Shown one piece after another: positions 61,958-64,000 of a stretch of 64,000 nt of DNA. Both the position numbers and the translations under genes were made by a program. The notes beneath the pieces were generated by a model. It made no database searches. It was not told the DNA's origin and saw nothing but the letters and a program-made list of their open reading frames with translations. Numbering within the stretch: position 1 is the stretch's first letter; each line of letters starts with the position of its first letter. The DNA is from Octopus sinensis (taxonomy: Eukaryota): the NCBI RefSeq assembly GCF_006345805.1, contig NC_043001.1:99386001-99450000 (forward strand), given 5' to 3'.

Positions 61958-63746
61958 TACATACATACATACATACATACATACAGGGGTTGGACAAAAT
62001 AATGGAAGCACCTTAAAATTTCAAACAAATTTTATTTTAATATGAGGTAGGACCACCTTTGGCAGTAATTACACCTTGAATTGTACAAGGGTTGCACTCA
62101 TACAAAGTTTGAATTGTTTCCAAAGGAATTTTTGTCCATTCTTCAGGTAAAACAAGTCTCCGGTTCTTGTAGTGATGATGGTGGAGGATATCGACTCCTT
62201 ATTTGTTTTTCTGAAATGCACCATAAATATTCAATAATATTGAGATCTGGGGACTATGGTGGCTAGATAATATGTTCAACTTCACTAGAATGTTCTTTGT
62301 GCCATTCAGTAGCATCTTTAGTTGTGTGAATTGGTGCATTATCATCCTGAAAGATTGCGTTTCACTCCGGAAACAGTTCCGCAACCATAGGATGTATTTG
62401 ATCAGATAAAATGCTTAAATAGTCTTGACTATTAATTCTGCCATGAAGGAAAACCATTGGGCCAGCGGATTTCCAAGATATAGCCCCCTACCCCCTTCTT
62501 GATCATCACAGCTCCTCCTCCATGTTTAACACTTGGAAGAAAGCAGCCTTGGTCAAATGCTTCTTTTGGCTGTCTCCACACATATACTCGGTCGGTGGTC
62601 TGAAATAAGGTAAAGGATGACTCGTCTGAGAAAATAACATTCTTCCACTGCTCTAGGGACCAATTCTGTAGGTTTTTACTTTACTGTAAACACTTTGCAA
62701 CGTATGTTTTTGAAAGTAATGGTTTTCTTATTGCAGCCCTCCCAAGAAATCCAAACAATTTGCATAAGAGTCTGACAGTTTTGATTTTCTTCTGGAGTCT
62801 TGTTTTGATGAAGTTTTCCCTCTTTCTCAAAGGCTGTCATTACTTTTGAGACAGTACTTCTTGAGACACCAAACATTTTGGTTTGTTTTCGTTACACTAG
62901 CGCCTGCCATACAAGCACCAGCAATTTAACCTCTTTGAATGTCCGATAGATCTGTCATTTTAATGAATTTCAATTACATTTTTCTGATGATATCTGAAAA
63001 GAGACAGCAATTTTAGCAAAGCATATTGACACTAATAATTAATCAAAAAACATAAAAATAAACAAGCTTTTGACAGTTTTATAGATATTTCAAAATGATA
63101 ATGCTAGATCTTTCCCTTATTTTGTCCAACCCCTGTATATGTTTGTGTGTCTGTATTTGTCCAACCATCATCATTTGACAACCAATGTTGGTGTGTTTGC
63201 GTTCCCATAACCTAGCAGTTTGGCAAAAGAGGCTGATAGAATAAGTACTAGGTTTACAAAGAATAAGTCCTGGGGTCGATTTGTTCAACTAAAGGTGGTG
63301 CTCCAGCATGGCCACAGTCAAATGTCTTAAACAAATGATATAATACAAGTGGGTGCTCAACTTGCAGTTGGAGCACATTTTCTCTTTTAACAAAGTGTTT
63401 ATATCCTTAGGAGTTTGGTACATCACTCACAATAGTAGGCCTAAATTCATTTTTTTTTTTCAGTCAATAGCTTATCACTTTAACAGCTCAGCCACTGTAA
63501 TACATCTTACGTTGTGATCATGCATACTTTTATCATTATAGGTATTCTAATACCTATAATTTCTTTACTTTGTCGACCATCTTTTACTTAGATACTTACC
63601 CCTTTTTCTTTATGATTGCAGCTCTTGGACGTGCTTGTGGTGTATCAAGATCTGTAATCGCTTGTTCAGTGACAGTTAATGAAGGTTCACAGCTTAAATC
63701 ACAGATCCAGGCCATTCAGCAAAATATCGAGAAATTATTAATTTGA
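51208..63746 (+). CDS. SNU13: SNU13 / NHP2-like protein 1 (15.5K; L7Ae family K-turn binding protein of U4/U4atac and box C/D snoRNPs), complete, 127 aa
   Basis: Exons 51208-51210 (ATG|gtaaga), 56146-56263, 58322-58425, 61021-61054, 63622-63746 give 384 nt: [127 protein letters not shown]. Confidence 0.97.
52684..53142 (-). mobile_element. Merlin (IS1595/ISXO2-like DDE) transposase remnant
   Basis: [19 protein letters not shown]...[24 protein letters not shown]...[25 protein letters not shown]. Confidence 0.9.
53731..54631. repeat. Long inverted repeat (about 275-bp arms, about 345-bp spacer) in SNU13 intron 1
   Basis: Arms ~53731-54006 and ~54352-54631 are reverse complements with scattered mismatches; spacer has CCCTAACCCTAAC at 54212-54224. 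Confidence 0.92.
56146..56263 (+). CDS. SNU13: SNU13 exon 2 ([11 protein letters not shown]...RKGANE)
   Basis: ttttag / gtgagt. Confidence 0.97.
58322..58425 (+). CDS. SNU13: SNU13 exon 3 (VTKTLNRG...LCEDK)
   Basis: ttacag / gtcagt. Confidence 0.97.
59656..59873 (-). mobile_element. piggyBac-derived MITE, TTAA on both flanks
   Basis: TTAA 59652-59655 and 59874-59877; homologous to 49528-49737. Confidence 0.85.
61021..61054 (+). CDS. SNU13: SNU13 exon 4, 34 nt ([11 protein letters not shown])
   Basis: ttccag / gtaagg. Confidence 0.96.
61984..63135 (-). mobile_element. Defective Tc1-family transposon in SNU13 intron 4
   Basis: 24-bp TIRs CAGGGGTTGGACAAAATAA(T/G)GGAA (23/24), TA on both flanks; [10 protein letters not shown] (HTH), [27 protein letters not shown] with stops and internal deletion. 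Confidence 0.93.
63622..63746 (+). CDS. SNU13: SNU13 exon 5 ([10 protein letters not shown]...EKLLI*)
   Basis: ttgcag acceptor; TGA 63744-63746; AATAAA at 63894-63899. Confidence 0.97.
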
Positions 63747-64000
63747 GATACCAGTGTTCCAGAGAAATGGACTGAACTGGATTCTCACTTGAATTTTTTT
63801 TTTCTTCTCCCAATCAACCTGGAGATTAATTACAATTTCTTCAGAATATTCATTCATTCATTCCTATGATATTCATGTACAGTTCTACTATTTAATAAAT
63901 TTTAGAAAGAAAATCTTGATGTTATTGTCTTGTCCATCATTATTGTTAAATGATATAAGATGATGACCCAGCAGAAGCATTAACATATCACATAAAAGGT

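Overview
AT-rich, intron-rich eukaryotic genomic DNA. The SINE, MITE and microsatellite landscape looks like a coleoid cephalopod (Octopus sp.); this is an inference from repeat style only. Most listed ORFs are noise. Three spliced genes were reconstructed by hand. (1) The 3' part of a SUN-domain (SUN1/SUN2-type LINC complex) gene on +: 10 coding exons, 691-13182, 5' end outside the window. (2) A complete meiotic recombinase DMC1 on -: 13 coding exons, 36309-15653, 1023 nt = 340 aa + stop, with a U12-type (minor spliceosome) intron. (3) A complete SNU13/NHP2L1 (15.5K) gene on +: ATG-only first coding exon, 51208-63746, 127 aa. Introns and intergenic DNA hold RTE, RTE-X and CRE-like non-LTR fragments; piggyBac, hAT, Merlin, Tc1 and Helitron-type DNA elements; TTAA MITEs; SINEs; and three long inverted repeats. 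Most interesting signals: candidate poison exons in SNU13 intron 2, one with its 5' splice site folded into a GNRA-capped hairpin by a U1-like sequence; the DMC1 U12 intron; a 40-bp copy of a DMC1 exon at a LINE breakpoint; a near loop-less 181-bp palindrome; and SUN-DMC1-SNU13 adjacency mirroring linkage on human 22q13. No prokaryotic-type system, CRISPR array, rRNA, genuine tRNA or convincing snoRNA was found.
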